Shown one piece after another: positions 59,601 to 60,000 of a stretch of 60,000 bases of DNA. The position numbers and the translations under genes were made by a program. Position 1 is the first letter of the stretch. The number at the start of each line of letters is the position of its first letter. Source of the stretch: Laetmonice hystrix (Eukaryota); the NCBI GenBank assembly GCA_965235115.1, contig OZ249436.1, positions 10,852,001 to 10,912,000 of the forward strand, written 5' to 3'. A model generated the notes under the pieces. That model was not told the DNA's origin. It did no database searches and was given only the letters and a program-made list of their open reading frames with translations.

Positions 59601-60000
59601 GTAAAACTACCAGTATTTGAAAGACATATAAAGTTTGTTCTACTTGGTTAGCAATGATTTCAGCGGCAGATTCAGTAAACATGCGATCAATTTCATTTAT
59701 GCCCTTTTTATTTCGATTTCATTTGGGCTGGTTTCCTCATAGTAATGATATGGAATTGATCGCGATGGGAATAAAACTACAATTGACGGTAACGGATGAC
59801 CATATCGAAGGTTCTCCCTTGGGAACATTTAAATAATTACGAGGGACTCTGTCAGTTTGTTGTATCAGCATCCGTGCTACCTTTACAAAGAGATGTTAAC
59901 GTAGAACCTATTTCCTGATAACGTTATCATTAATGCATGCCCTAATCAATCTGTCCCCTACCAACCTCGCTGGACAATGCCTTATTTTTATGAAGAAAAT

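Noticed and set aside
56700..60000. Search for the channel's 5' exons
   Set aside because: No exon with convincing pLGIC N-terminal motifs was identified; they probably lie beyond the window.

Overview
Eukaryotic, intron-rich, AT-rich animal DNA, probably a marine invertebrate; the taxon cannot be fixed from this sequence. I reconstructed five spliced protein-coding genes by hand from GT-AG boundaries and frame continuity. (1) An SH2D4A/B-like adaptor (+, 1198-8935). (2) An unrecognised small gene (-, 18636 to ~13570) with several phase-compatible alternative last exons. (3) G3BP (+, 21707-32665), head-to-head with gene 2; one of its introns carries three copies of the C/D-box snoRNA U16/SNORD16. 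(4) MFSD12 (+, 37478-42339) with a long Cys-rich C-terminal tail and MiT/TFE-type motifs at its 5' end. (5) The 3' part of a Cys-less (Pro-loop) pentameric ligand-gated ion channel (-, 56645-50203; 5' exons not found). The rest is introns, UTRs, several minisatellites (one with a 430-bp higher-order repeat) and many short non-autonomous DNA transposons. There is no CRISPR array, rRNA, tRNA or autonomous transposon. Most short ORFs in the supplied track are exon fragments or noise. All family assignments are from recall, not database searches.
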